Shown here in pieces: positions 1 to 9,133 of a DNA stretch of 64,000 nucleotides. Origin of the DNA: Bacillota bacterium (GTDB taxonomy: Bacteria > Bacillota > Ch66 > Ch109); assembly GCA_050952625.1 (NCBI GenBank), contig JBMNLH010000001.1:1568001-1632000 (forward strand), read 5' to 3'. The stretch's first letter is position 1. Every line of letters starts with the position of its first letter. The position numbers were made by a program, and so were the translations under genes. The notes under the pieces were generated by a model. It saw nothing but the letters and a program-made list of their open reading frames with translations. It was not told the origin of the DNA and made no database searches.

Positions 1-354
1 ACTGATGATGTTGCCGGTTAAGGTTACCGCGTTGGCACTGGCCAAAAATAAATCGGAGGTGAGTTGTCGCCGCATGACCGCCATTTTTTCTTCTGGGTTT
101 AAGCCGGGCTGATTATGATCAAGCAATTCCTTGCCCATTGCGGCTAACTGCTCGTGAATTCCCAGGTCAACGACGGTTCGCGAACCACCAAAACCGATAG
201 TGGCAGCTTCCGCCGCCTCTTGAAGAATGTAATTAACTGCTGCTTCTTTATTGGGGCAATAGACACTGGTAAATCTGTTTTTCTCCAGTGCTTTTACCGC
301 TGCCTGGCATCTTTGTTCCTGACCCCAATCGCGTAATTCCTCAGTAAAACCCAA
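1..354 (-). CDS. LUD-domain (lactate utilization protein C-like) protein, 3' end outside window
   Basis: Manual translation from TTG at 354 with GGAGG RBS: MGFTEELRDW...KALEKNRF...IGFGGSRTV...RRQLTSDLFLASANAVT, typical LUD family; not in ORF track because it runs off the edge. Confidence 0.8.
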   Translation of the reverse strand, partial: MGFTEELRDWGQEQRCQAAVKALEKNRFTSVYCPNKEAAVNYILQEAAEAATIGFGGSRTVVDLGIHEQLAAMGKELLDHNQPGLNPEEKMAVMRRQLTSDLFLASANAVTLTGNIIS

Positions 355-602
355 CTGTTTTACCTCCTAAGCTTAGGGTTTATTTAAAATAATATCATAA
401 AATCCCAAAAATAAGCTCGATTATTGTCGATTATGTTGCAAATTATCCAAACGTTTTAAAAACTACTTATTTTTTAAGCTATACCGTGGACGAGACTGTT
501 GGTTAGACTGAAAAACTGGTACAATATGGGCAGACGAATAGGTTGCTACCTTAAATCAGCCCTTGAGACAGAGAGGACAGGGTTAAAGTGTCTCCTTCCA
601 GT

Positions 603-705
603 TAAGGTAAAGAAAACTTGGCTTACGCCAAGCCTTTGGCGCGGGCGGAAGCCTTAGTTGCCCTTACTGATAATCAGAAAGTCGCTTATACTTTCTGATT
701 ATGGA
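603..705. repeat. Intergenic multi-hairpin palindromic element (REP/MITE-like)
   Basis: Hairpins CTTGGC-TTAC-GCCAAG and ATAATCAGAAAGT-CGCTTAT-ACTTTCTGATTAT; only one copy in this window. Confidence 0.4.
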
Positions 706-855
706 ATAGAACACAGGTTTGCTGTCTAGTCTATAAGCGGCGAGTGTTGAACTGTTTTCCACAGTCAAGTAAGGCCTTAAAAAAGACAAAGGATAGTAGA
801 AATCTGGAAACTAGAGCGGTCAAATAAATGTTTTAGTTATGGGAGGTTATGGACT

Positions 856-1641
856 ATGCTAGACAGAGATATGTCCCATCAATTGGCCAACCGTCTATTG
901 ACAGCAGAGCGGGCACGTGAACCGATTGCACCGATAACGGAAGAGATTGAGGATTTTAACACGGAGGATGCCTACCAAGTCCAATCGCACATCATTAACA
1001 CCAAAATAACCCGCAACAACTGCATTGCCGGCAAGAAGATCGGGCTGACCAGCCTCGCCGCGCAAAACCAGTTCGGGGTGTATGAACCAATTTACGGCAG
1101 CTTACTCAGTAATATGGAAGTCGCTGACGGCGGAATTATCCGGTTGGAGGAACTATTGCTACCCAAGGTAGAACCGGAAATCGCATTTATTCTGGGTAAA
1201 GACTTAACTGGTCCGGGAGTATCTGTGTGCGATGTGCTGCGGGCGACAGAGGCAGTGGTCCCGGCTCTGGAAATTGCGGACAGCCGCATCAAAGATTGGC
1301 GGATCAAGGTGCCAGACGCAGTAGCCGATAACTCTTCCAGTGCTCGGTTTATCCTGGGCGGGCAACTTACTCACGCAGCAGATCTTGATCTGAGGCTGAC
1401 CGGTTTGGTTTTTAAGAAGAACGGGGAGATTTTGGGAACCGCAGCCGGGGCCGCGGTGTTGGGTCATCCGGCTGCCGCTGTAGCCTGGTTGGTAAATAAA
1501 TTGGCCGAGCTCGAGCTCAGCCTGAAAGCAGGAGAAGTGGTCTTAGCCGGTGCCTTGACCGCCTCAGTTGCACCTAAAGCGGGAGATTACTTTGAGGCCT
1601 GTTTTGACCGATTAGATTCCGCCAGCGTCCGCTTTGCTTAG
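856..1641 (+). CDS. 2-keto-4-pentenoate hydratase / 4-oxalocrotonate decarboxylase (FAH family)
   Basis: GKKIGLTS, KVEPEIAF, ALEIADSRI, ADNSS, VLGHP motifs. Confidence 0.9.
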   Translation: MLDRDMSHQLANRLLTAERAREPIAPITEEIEDFNTEDAYQVQSHIINTKITRNNCIAGKKIGLTSLAAQNQFGVYEPIYGSLLSNMEVADGGIIRLEELLLPKVEPEIAFILGKDLTGPGVSVCDVLRATEAVVPALEIADSRIKDWRIKVPDAVADNSSSARFILGGQLTHAADLDLRLTGLVFKKNGEILGTAAGAAVLGHPAAAVAWLVNKLAELELSLKAGEVVLAGALTASVAPKAGDYFEACFDRLDSASVRFA

Positions 1642-1675
1642 GGGCAGGGGCAGAGGGACAGTAGGGGCGGATCTT

Positions 1676-1791
1676 TATCTGAAATCAAAAGACTCCCACT
1701 TCTATGAAGTGGGGGTTACCTTGTTTAAACTTCAGGTGGAGTAGAGTCTCCACCTGAAGCCTTGATGTTCAGCGAAGCTGAACGAGTTCAC
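1676..1791 (+). repeat. PATE/MITE-like palindromic element, copy A (most complete)
   Basis: TTAT|CTGAAATCAAAAGACTCCCACTTC...GAAGTGGG, CTTCAGGTGGAG-TAGAGT-CTCCACCTGAAG, GTTCAGC-GAA-GCTGAAC-GAGTTCAC; homologous copies at 34385, 44445, 59165, 60062. Confidence 0.8.
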
Positions 1792-1827
1792 CCCACAAAG
1801 AACCTTTTTCTGGAATAACAGCAGGGC

Positions 1828-3555
1828 TCATCCGTGATTATTCAGTTCATTTCTGCGCCGGATAAGTTCATGATATTCCCGATCAAGAGCCTGATAATCG
1901 GGCGCATCCGGTTTAATAAGACTTAATTCACTAAGCACCCGGGAAATCCTGGTTTCCAGCAGTAACTTTTCCTCATCGCTGCGCGCTTTTTCCCAATCTG
2001 GACCAGCTTCGAGATCGCGCTGCCTGTCCCGGTAACCTTCTAGATTACCCTCGATCCGCTTAATTTTACACTGATCAAAGACGAGCATCTGGCGGCAAAC
2101 CCGTTCCAGGAGATAACGGTCATGGGATATGAGAAGAATGGTTCCCGGAAATTGAACCAGGCTTTCCTCCAGGGCCTCGCGGCTGAAAATATCTAGGTGA
2201 TTGGTGGGCTCATCCAGAATGAGCAGATCATATTCGCCCATTATCGCCAGCCCGATCGCGATCTTCATTCTTTCTCCCCGGCTAAGCTCCCCGAGAGCAA
2301 CATGAAGCCGATCATAGGTTAGGCCTAGATTAATGAAAAGCTGAATCGTCCGCTTTTGCGTCTCAAGAGGCCATTGTCCTATTTTTTCTTTGAGACTCCC
2401 TTTTTCGCCTTGCGGCAGTTCCTGGCTTACGTAGGCTATTTTTGCTGCTTGACTCAAAAATACCTGCCCGGTATCCAGCCTTTCCTGACCCAGAATGTTC
2501 CTTACCAACGTCGTCTTGCCGCAGCCGTTTGGCCCAATGATGCCGACCTTTTCTCCCCGGTTTACATAAAACGAACTGTCCTTAAACAGCAGCAGCTCGC
2601 CGTAGCTCTTGCTGATATCTTCTGCTTGCAACAGACGTCGGCCACCCTTTTCCCAAGCCTGCAGGTTAAAGCTAACCGACACCTCTTTAGCCGGTCGCTC
2701 TATTCCCTTTTGACGCATCTTTTCCAGACGCTTAATCTGGGATTTTATCGCCTGGTCGCGTTTTTTCGCCTTCTTGCGGTAGTATTCCTTGCCCCCCTGC
2801 ATCCCTTGAGCTTTTTGGCGGGATTCGCGATGGGCTTTATCCGACCAGGTTTTTAATTGAGAAATGGCTGCTTCAATCTGCTTTTGTTGTTTCTGCTGGG
2901 CTTCATAGGTATGCTGCTGATTTTCACGTTCCTTCTGCTTGGCTGCCCGGTACGCGGTGTAATTGCCCGGATAGAGCCGAATCAGCCCCTTTTCAATTTC
3001 TGCTATCTGGGATACCGTCTGATCCAGGAAATAGCGATCGTGGGAAATGATAATTGCTGCTCCGCGGTAGCCGGCCAGTTCTGATACCAGGTAGTCTATT
3101 CCCTGATAATCCAGGTGGTTCGTTGGTTCGTCCAGGATAAGCAACTGCGGCTGGGAAGCCAAAACAGCCGCCAGGGCCAGCTTGGTTTTCTCACCGCCGC
3201 TTAAGGTTTGCAGTCGCTCCTCTGACCATTCCTTGACCGATCTAATTCCCAGGTGACTGGTCAAGCGCTGAAATTCCCCATTCACCCTGGATTCGTTGTT
3301 TAGTTCGTTAAGCAAAGGCTCCAATTGAGTTTCGCCCTGACGCAAGTAGCCGATATTGATTGTCTGACAGCTAGTAATAAGACTGCCCGCATCATGGTCG
3401 AGATAACCAGTTAAAATGTTGGCCAGAGTTGTTTTGCCGGTCCCATTGCGACCGACCAAGCCGATCCGATCCCCTAGGCCTATATCCAAAGCAACGCCAT
3501 TTAAAACGAGGCGATCGCCGAAACTTTTTTTAATATCCCGACAGCTTAAAAGCAT
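1828..3555 (-). CDS. ABC-F ATPase, ribosomal protection-like (antibiotic resistance ABC-F candidate)
   Basis: Two ABC domains (GRNGTGKT, GPNGCGKT, two LDEPTNHLD), no TM segments, long interdomain linker; start moved to ATG 3555 because of the GGAGG RBS. Confidence 0.85.
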   Translation of the reverse strand: MLLSCRDIKKSFGDRLVLNGVALDIGLGDRIGLVGRNGTGKTTLANILTGYLDHDAGSLITSCQTINIGYLRQGETQLEPLLNELNNESRVNGEFQRLTSHLGIRSVKEWSEERLQTLSGGEKTKLALAAVLASQPQLLILDEPTNHLDYQGIDYLVSELAGYRGAAIIISHDRYFLDQTVSQIAEIEKGLIRLYPGNYTAYRAAKQKERENQQHTYEAQQKQQKQIEAAISQLKTWSDKAHRESRQKAQGMQGGKEYYRKKAKKRDQAIKSQIKRLEKMRQKGIERPAKEVSVSFNLQAWEKGGRRLLQAEDISKSYGELLLFKDSSFYVNRGEKVGIIGPNGCGKTTLVRNILGQERLDTGQVFLSQAAKIAYVSQELPQGEKGSLKEKIGQWPLETQKRTIQLFINLGLTYDRLHVALGELSRGERMKIAIGLAIMGEYDLLILDEPTNHLDIFSREALEESLVQFPGTILLISHDRYLLERVCRQMLVFDQCKIKRIEGNLEGYRDRQRDLEAGPDWEKARSDEEKLLLETRISRVLSELSLIKPDAPDYQALDREYHELIRRRNELNNHG

Positions 3556-3574
3556 TAAACCGACCTCCAATAAG

Positions 3575-3612
3575 CAAAAAGGACTGCAAGCAACACTCGT
3601 CACTCACAGCCC
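3575..3612 (-). terminator. Intrinsic terminator in ABC-F leader (attenuator)
   Basis: GGGCTGTGAGTGAC-GAGT-GTTGCTTGCAGTCC-TTTTT: 14-bp stem with GU pairs plus U-tract, just upstream of the RBS. Confidence 0.75.
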
Positions 3613-3718
3613 CTTCAAGCCAAATAAATTATTTAGCCACCCATACCCTATTCCAGTTTGGCGACTAAAGATTATTCCGATTTTCCGCACTTAGCGACTT
3701 TTGTAACAAGCGTTCTGG

Positions 3719-3745
3719 TCATACTTGGCTGAATGGCAGAATCAT
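3719..3745 (-). CDS. Leader peptide uORF MILPFSQV of ABC-F attenuator
   Basis: GGGGAG RBS then ATG ATT CTG CCA TTC AGC CAA GTA TGA, about 110 nt upstream of the terminator. Confidence 0.6.
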   Translation of the reverse strand: MILPFSQV

Positions 3746-4035
3746 TAATTCTCCCCTTGACTCGCTCTCGATTCTCCCATAGCCCCGGATGTAGTTTAGT
3801 TAGGCCAGAATCCGCTTGCGCATTTCCTTTCTCCAATCTCGTTAGTAGTAATTTAAATTTAAATTATCTTAACATAAATTTAACATAAACTAAATGGGCT
3901 GGCAAACTTATTTGTTGCCAATTTAGCCCCGTGCCTGGATTCTTAAAAGGTGAAGCCCAGCAAAGGCAAACTAATTTGTTACCAGTTTAGCCTGCTAACC
4001 GAGTGAAAACACGAACGTAATTATTTTTTGAGTAC

Positions 4036-4824
4036 TTAACTTGTCCCACAACCGGAAGAACCGTCCCTCCGGCTGGTGTAGATCAATATGGCATCTCTGA
4101 GAAACTCAGCGGCCCCTGGTTGGACGGCATCATAATAGGCAGTAAATCTCTCATCATCAACATACATCTGGGCCAGACCAGCGTGGGCCTCTTTGGAATA
4201 GGTGGGCCAAAAATAACACAGCCATTGCCGATGCAGGTCCGCTGTTTGCTGGGCTAACGGTCCGGCCGGGTCACCGGTGGCCATTGCCGCCTTAAGCGTA
4301 TCCAGTACACTGGTGCTGAGTTTTTCCATCTCAACATACTGCTCCTCGGTCATACCATGTAATTTTTTATTTGATTGATCAACAACCTTGTCCCCATATT
4401 TAGCTCTGATTTCTTGGCCATATTTACGCTCATTCTCATCAATCAATTTTCGCTTGAAACCGGCAAATTTTTCTTGATCAGTCATCGTAATTCTCCCTTC
4501 TGTTAAGGCGATCGTCTTATCCACGTTGGCAATTAGTAGATCTAGTTGTTTTTTCTTGGCCAACAGTTTGGCGCGATGGTCTCGGAGGGCTTTAAGACTG
4601 TCAAAAGATGGATCCATGATGATCTCCTTGATCTGCTCCAAACCCACACCAAGTTCCCGGTAAAAAAGGATTTGCTGTAGCTGATCCACCTCGGCTTGAC
4701 CATATATCCGATACCCTGACGAGTTAATTCGGGCTGGCTTAAGCAGCCCAATTTCGTCGTAATACCGGAGGGTTCTGGTGCTGATGCCGGCTAGTTGGCC
4801 CAATTTTCGCACCGTATACTCCAC
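4036..4824 (-). CDS. MerR-family regulator with TipAS antibiotic-recognition domain
   Basis: N-term TRTLRYYDEIGLLKP; C-term GLAQMYVDDERFTAYYD...AEFLRDAI. Confidence 0.9.
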   Translation of the reverse strand: MEYTVRKLGQLAGISTRTLRYYDEIGLLKPARINSSGYRIYGQAEVDQLQQILFYRELGVGLEQIKEIIMDPSFDSLKALRDHRAKLLAKKKQLDLLIANVDKTIALTEGRITMTDQEKFAGFKRKLIDENERKYGQEIRAKYGDKVVDQSNKKLHGMTEEQYVEMEKLSTSVLDTLKAAMATGDPAGPLAQQTADLHRQWLCYFWPTYSKEAHAGLAQMYVDDERFTAYYDAVQPGAAEFLRDAILIYTSRRDGSSGCGTS

Positions 4825-4846
4825 GCCATCACCCCCTGCTCAAACT

Positions 4847-4877
4847 AATATACACCTTAACGCAACGTTAAGGTCAA
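4847..4877 (-). promoter_or_regulatory. MerR-type promoter with 19-bp spacer and operator palindrome
   Basis: -35 TTGACC, 19 bp, -10 TATATT; dyad ACCTTAACG-CAA-CGTTAAGGT (4854-4874) lies in the spacer. Confidence 0.85.
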
Positions 4878-5156
4878 TGGGATATTTTCTTAATAATCAC
4901 CCAGGCCCGTTAGGGATAATTGCTCCATATAGTTGATTTAATGGTTTAATTAGCATATTATGCATAAGGAGAGATTGTTATATAATTTGATTGGTATCGA
5001 ATTAGAAATTAGTTGTTGAAAAGCTAAAGGATGGTGATAAAATTTGTTATAATATATAATTAATTGTTTGAATATGTTGTGATATGTCAAAATAACATTT
5101 TACAAACTGGTGAAGCTGTTACATATTTTAAGCCAAATTTTTTTAGGGGTGATAAT

Positions 5157-6278
5157 ATGGCTAAATCTGTCATCGTTGCTTGTGATACCGGAAACGATAC
5201 TATTAAAGTAAAGGTAAATGATAAAATATACTATATTCCCAGTATTATGAAAATAAATCCCCGCCCAAGGTTAATTTTTGGCCAGGGCGATGAGGGACAC
5301 CCCATAGATTATTTAGATGTCACTGTTGAAAATGACAATGTATCCGGGAATTATCATATAGGAAATTTAGCCATGTTTGGAGTTAACCAGGAAAGCCTGG
5401 GAGGATTAAAATCAAATAACAAATTGCTTATGGTGTGTAGGATGACAGCTATCGCATATGCTCTGGCTATGGAATATCCGTTAGAAACTGACTTCGACTT
5501 ATACCTGGGTGTTGGATTACCAGTCAGAGAATTCTTCTGGCAGAATGAAAAAGGCGAATATGATTTTTCCAAAGTTGAAAAATATAAACACAGCATTGCC
5601 GGAATTCACAAAGTAAAGTTCAATACTAGCCTTATGAACTACAAAACAATAAACATTGCAATAGCACCGGATAATCTATCGGTTACCCCTGAGGGTTATT
5701 CTGCTTTAACCTCCATTTTAATGCATGAAAATATAGACCCAGAATTTGTCAGGTACTCAAGAAAAAATGCTATTTCCTTTTGCCTGGATATTGGATCTAT
5801 AAGCTGTGATGTATCGGCGATGATCAATGGAAAATATTTCGCCCCAGGGATGTTTGGGTTTGATATTGGCATGAGTACCGCTATAGATGAATTATGCGCT
5901 GGACTCCGTAATAGGACAGGTATTAAAGATATAACTAGATATGAGTTAAATACCTGTTTATTTGATAGAGATTTAATGGGAATATATAAGATTAGTAAAT
6001 ACAATTTTAATCTTAATAGAGAGAAGCTCCCTTATTACACAGCACTGGTGGATACGATAACCCATCGTTTTAAGGAAAAACTTAGGGAAAACGGAGTTGA
6101 TATTCGCCGGATTGATGTACTGTTCCTTGTCGGAGGCGGTAGTACTGAAGTAGGAGACATGATAATCGATGAATTAAAAGAAGATATACCTGAATTTGTA
6201 AACTTTCAGCCTGAAGAGGCAATAATCAAAAACCTGCTTGGTTATGAAATGGCTGCTAGAAAATTGGTAACAGAATAA
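5157..6278 (+). CDS. ParM/StbA-like actin-family ATPase
   Basis: Phosphate-1 DTGNDTIK, GVGLP, connect PEG, phosphate-2 LDIGSISCD, adenosine LVGGGS. Confidence 0.8.
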   Translation: MAKSVIVACDTGNDTIKVKVNDKIYYIPSIMKINPRPRLIFGQGDEGHPIDYLDVTVENDNVSGNYHIGNLAMFGVNQESLGGLKSNNKLLMVCRMTAIAYALAMEYPLETDFDLYLGVGLPVREFFWQNEKGEYDFSKVEKYKHSIAGIHKVKFNTSLMNYKTINIAIAPDNLSVTPEGYSALTSILMHENIDPEFVRYSRKNAISFCLDIGSISCDVSAMINGKYFAPGMFGFDIGMSTAIDELCAGLRNRTGIKDITRYELNTCLFDRDLMGIYKISKYNFNLNREKLPYYTALVDTITHRFKEKLRENGVDIRRIDVLFLVGGGSTEVGDMIIDELKEDIPEFVNFQPEEAIIKNLLGYEMAARKLVTE

Positions 6279-6410
6279 CATTTCATTATATAAAGTAACC
6301 TGCTAAGCAAATGAAAATCAAGGATTAGCAGTTTATTAAGCTATTTAATATGGCTACACCCCTCTAGCTTATGACGAAAGAATTCCTGATTTTTAAGTGG
6401 GGATGATATC

Positions 6411-7703
6411 GTGTTTTTATTCTCAAAAAATAAAAATATAAAATTTCACGCTAAACCCAATACTTACATGGAAGGCAGCATCAATGGGCAAGGTGACGTA
6501 AGGATCGAAGGGAGTATTTTGGGTAATATCCATGTCAATGGTGTTGTAATTATTGAGAAAAACGGAAATGTAAAAGGGAATGTGATTGCCGACAATGTTA
6601 AGATTCACGGTCAGGTAGAAGGTAATATAATAACCAGTGACTGTCTAATGCTTTTTGCGACTGGACGGTTTTATGGTGATGCTAGGGTCAAAGACTTTAA
6701 GTCGGACCCAGGAGCTGTGTTCGTAGGAAACTGCATCATTGTAGAGGATAATTCTGCCGGAGAGTATGATTTCGTTTCAACTACAATAAGTATGCCCGAA
6801 GTAACTTGTGAAGAAATAGATGAAAAACCGATAAATGAACTGATAAATGAAAAACCGATGGATGAACCTATAGATGAAAATAACGCAGTTGTTATCAGTC
6901 TTGAAGAACAGGATATTTACGATAAGAAGGATGATCAGGATAGTACAACTGGGGAGCTAGAAGTTCTTAAGGTTTTAGAATCAGATAAGATCAGTTCTAT
7001 TACCACGGAGGCGTCTGCCGCCGATTTGATCTGCGCGATTAAAGAGGAAACGCTAGAAAACGAAAACGATATTCTCTTCGACAATCATGTCAAAGAATAT
7101 ATTGCTGAGGATAATAATAATCCTAAAAACCCAGAGGTTCTCAAGGTTATAGAATATGATAAGGCTGATTATATTGCCACAGAGTCGGCTGCCCCAGACT
7201 TAGTCCGCGAGATTAAAGAAGAAATGCCTGTAAGAGAAGAAATACCGGTGCCTGTAAGCGAAAACGACATTATCCTGGACAATCTTACCGAGGAAGATGT
7301 TACTGAGAAAGATATTGCCGAGAACGATGTTACCGAGGAAGATGTTGCCGAGGAGAATGATAATCTTAAAAGTGTTGAGGTTGTCGAAGCAGAAATGCCT
7401 GAGGTAAGTCAAGATACGGCTGACAAGCTGGTTCTTCCTCTGAACGGTGAAACATTAGATGAAACAATAGGAGAAACAGTTGATGAAACATTAAAGTTCA
7501 ATCACGAAGAAGATCTCATGGATAAAATAGTAAATACTCAGGTCGATTCGATCAAGCCTGAGGAAAAGATTATCGATATACCTGAAGATAAGTCTATCGA
7601 TATACCTGAGGATAAAACTATCAATATAAATAATATTGCTATCGATGATCATGTATCAACAGTCAAGGAGCAAAAAAAATTTACCATCAAAAGATTTGTT
7701 TAA
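6411..7703 (+). CDS. Bactofilin (polymer-forming cytoskeletal protein) with long acidic repetitive tail
   Basis: Beta-helix pattern in residues ~17-110 (VRIEGSILGNI, GNVKGNV, IHGQVEGNI, GAVFVGNC); about 310 aa Glu/Asp-rich tail. Confidence 0.8.
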   Translation: MFLFSKNKNIKFHAKPNTYMEGSINGQGDVRIEGSILGNIHVNGVVIIEKNGNVKGNVIADNVKIHGQVEGNIITSDCLMLFATGRFYGDARVKDFKSDPGAVFVGNCIIVEDNSAGEYDFVSTTISMPEVTCEEIDEKPINELINEKPMDEPIDENNAVVISLEEQDIYDKKDDQDSTTGELEVLKVLESDKISSITTEASAADLICAIKEETLENENDILFDNHVKEYIAEDNNNPKNPEVLKVIEYDKADYIATESAAPDLVREIKEEMPVREEIPVPVSENDIILDNLTEEDVTEKDIAENDVTEEDVAEENDNLKSVEVVEAEMPEVSQDTADKLVLPLNGETLDETIGETVDETLKFNHEEDLMDKIVNTQVDSIKPEEKIIDIPEDKSIDIPEDKTININNIAIDDHVSTVKEQKKFTIKRFV

Positions 7704-7779
7704 ACACTTGCCGACCGCGACAATTTGGGTATTTGATCCTTAGTTTTCAAGATTATAACCCAATCCTTGCCAGGTTATT

Positions 7780-8030
7780 TCAGTGTTTCAAAATTTGAAG
7801 ATGATCTAGCGGCCAATAAATGCAAAAGGCTTTTCCAATAAGATGGTCACGAGTCAACCAGGCTTCCCAAGGATGACTGTCATAACTATTATTGCGATTA
7901 TCACCCATAACAAAATAGCTATTAGGCGGAACCACGACAGGACCGAATTGATAATTCATGCTTGCACTCAGATAAGGTTCTTGCTGAACCTGATCATTTA
8001 TATACAGTTGGCGATTTTTAATTACCGGGT
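7780..8030 (-). pseudogene. lepB: Signal peptidase I, C-terminal fragment
   Basis: VPPNSYFVMGDNRNNSYDS...IGKAFCIYWP; N-terminal catalytic half replaced by the antisense of the helicase remnant. Confidence 0.75.
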
Positions 8031-8509
8031 CTATGATCACATTTCTCATGGGAATTTGAAAACCAAACATATCCGGTTCTTGGTCCTTGATGAGGCCGAT
8101 CGGATGTTGGACATGGGCTTTTTGGGTCAAGTAGTGCGAATTATCAAAACCCTCCCCAGAAACAGGGTGACCCTGCTTTTCAGCCACCATCCCCCCCGAA
8201 GTCCGTAAAATCTGCCGGGATTATATGAAAAATCCGGTAACCATTGAGATTGAATCGCCGACCAAGACCGTGGATACCACGCAACAGGTATACTATCGGG
8301 TAAATAAAAACGAAAAGATCACCCAATTGAACCGACTGCTGCTGGTTGAACAGCCGGAAAGCTGTGTGATCTTCTGTAACCAACGTAATACCGTTGATAA
8401 GGTGCAGAGTTTCTTGAATCGCAAGGGGTATGCTTCTCAGACAATGCACGGTGATATCCCCCAGGTTAAACGGATGAAGACGATCCAGCAGACCGGAAAC
8501 ACCGGTTAG
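8025..8509 (+). pseudogene. DEAD-box RNA helicase (DbpA-like) internal fragment
   Basis: LVLDEADRMLDMGF, TLLFS, then VIFCN, MHGDIPQ in another frame; lacks both ends. Confidence 0.8.
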
Positions 8510-8510
8510 A

Positions 8511-8756
8511 CTACCGCTCATGAATGTCCATCCTCTCCCAAGAAATCACACCCTGGGTTCCCAAATCCAGGGACTCCTCTAATACCGCTAAATGACGGGT
8601 GCGGGCTTTTTGATAAGCTTCCTCCTTTTGGAGCAAATCCTCTAAAACTTTAGCTAAAACGGCAGAAACAGAAGTGTTTTGCTCTATAGCTACGTGTTTC
8701 ACTCGGCGAAGAGTAGTATCCTTGGGCAAAGAAAGGGTAATGTTTTGGTATTCCAC
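8511..8756 (-). CDS. RHH/CopG-type antitoxin-like protein; partner toxin appears deleted
   Basis: QNITLSLP...AIEQNTSVSAVL...WERMDIHER C-terminus typical of PIN-associated antitoxins; overlapping ATG at 8521 leads into unrelated sequence. Confidence 0.65.
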   Translation of the reverse strand: MEYQNITLSLPKDTTLRRVKHVAIEQNTSVSAVLAKVLEDLLQKEEAYQKARTRHLAVLEESLDLGTQGVISWERMDIHER

Positions 8757-8821
8757 CTAAATCACCTCCACCAATTCAATGTAGCACGTATTTCGGTGAA
8801 GGGCCAGTTGGAAACCAGCCT

Positions 8822-8850
8822 TTGACCTCATTGCTTGGCGGCGTTATAAT
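8822..8850 (+). promoter_or_regulatory. Sigma-A promoter of TA operon
   Basis: TTGACC-17 bp-TATAAT. Confidence 0.7.
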
Positions 8851-8887
8851 ATTCCTAGATATTATTATTTGTAAAGGAAGATTAACG

Positions 8888-9133
8888 ATGAAATCTACCG
8901 TTACTATTTCCAGTAAGAGGCAAATAACAATACCCGCTGATTTATTCAGATTGTTAAAACTACAACAAGGACAAAAACTAATTGTTGAAGTAAATGAAGG
9001 CCGATTGATTATTTCACCTCGGCCAGAAAGCTTGACAAAAGAATTACGCGGCCTTACCAGAGGCTTATATGGAAAAAACGCTAGCGAAATTGACGATTAC
9101 GTTAAAAAGGAACGAGATGAATGGCACAATTAG
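8888..9133 (+). CDS. AbrB/MazE-family antitoxin
   Basis: VTISSKRQITIP...LKLQQGQKLIV; overlaps the downstream PIN gene. Confidence 0.85.
   Translation: MKSTVTISSKRQITIPADLFRLLKLQQGQKLIVEVNEGRLIISPRPESLTKELRGLTRGLYGKNASEIDDYVKKERDEWHN

Noticed and set aside
2356-3084. Antisense or overlapping ORFs in the ORF track (here and throughout, e.g. 29442-29906, 40749-41198, 54475-54909)
   Set aside because: Shadow frames of confidently identified genes, with no motifs of their own.
7780-8190. 136-aa ORF as a real protein
   Set aside because: Chimera: the first half is the antisense of the DEAD-box remnant and the second half is a lepB tail.
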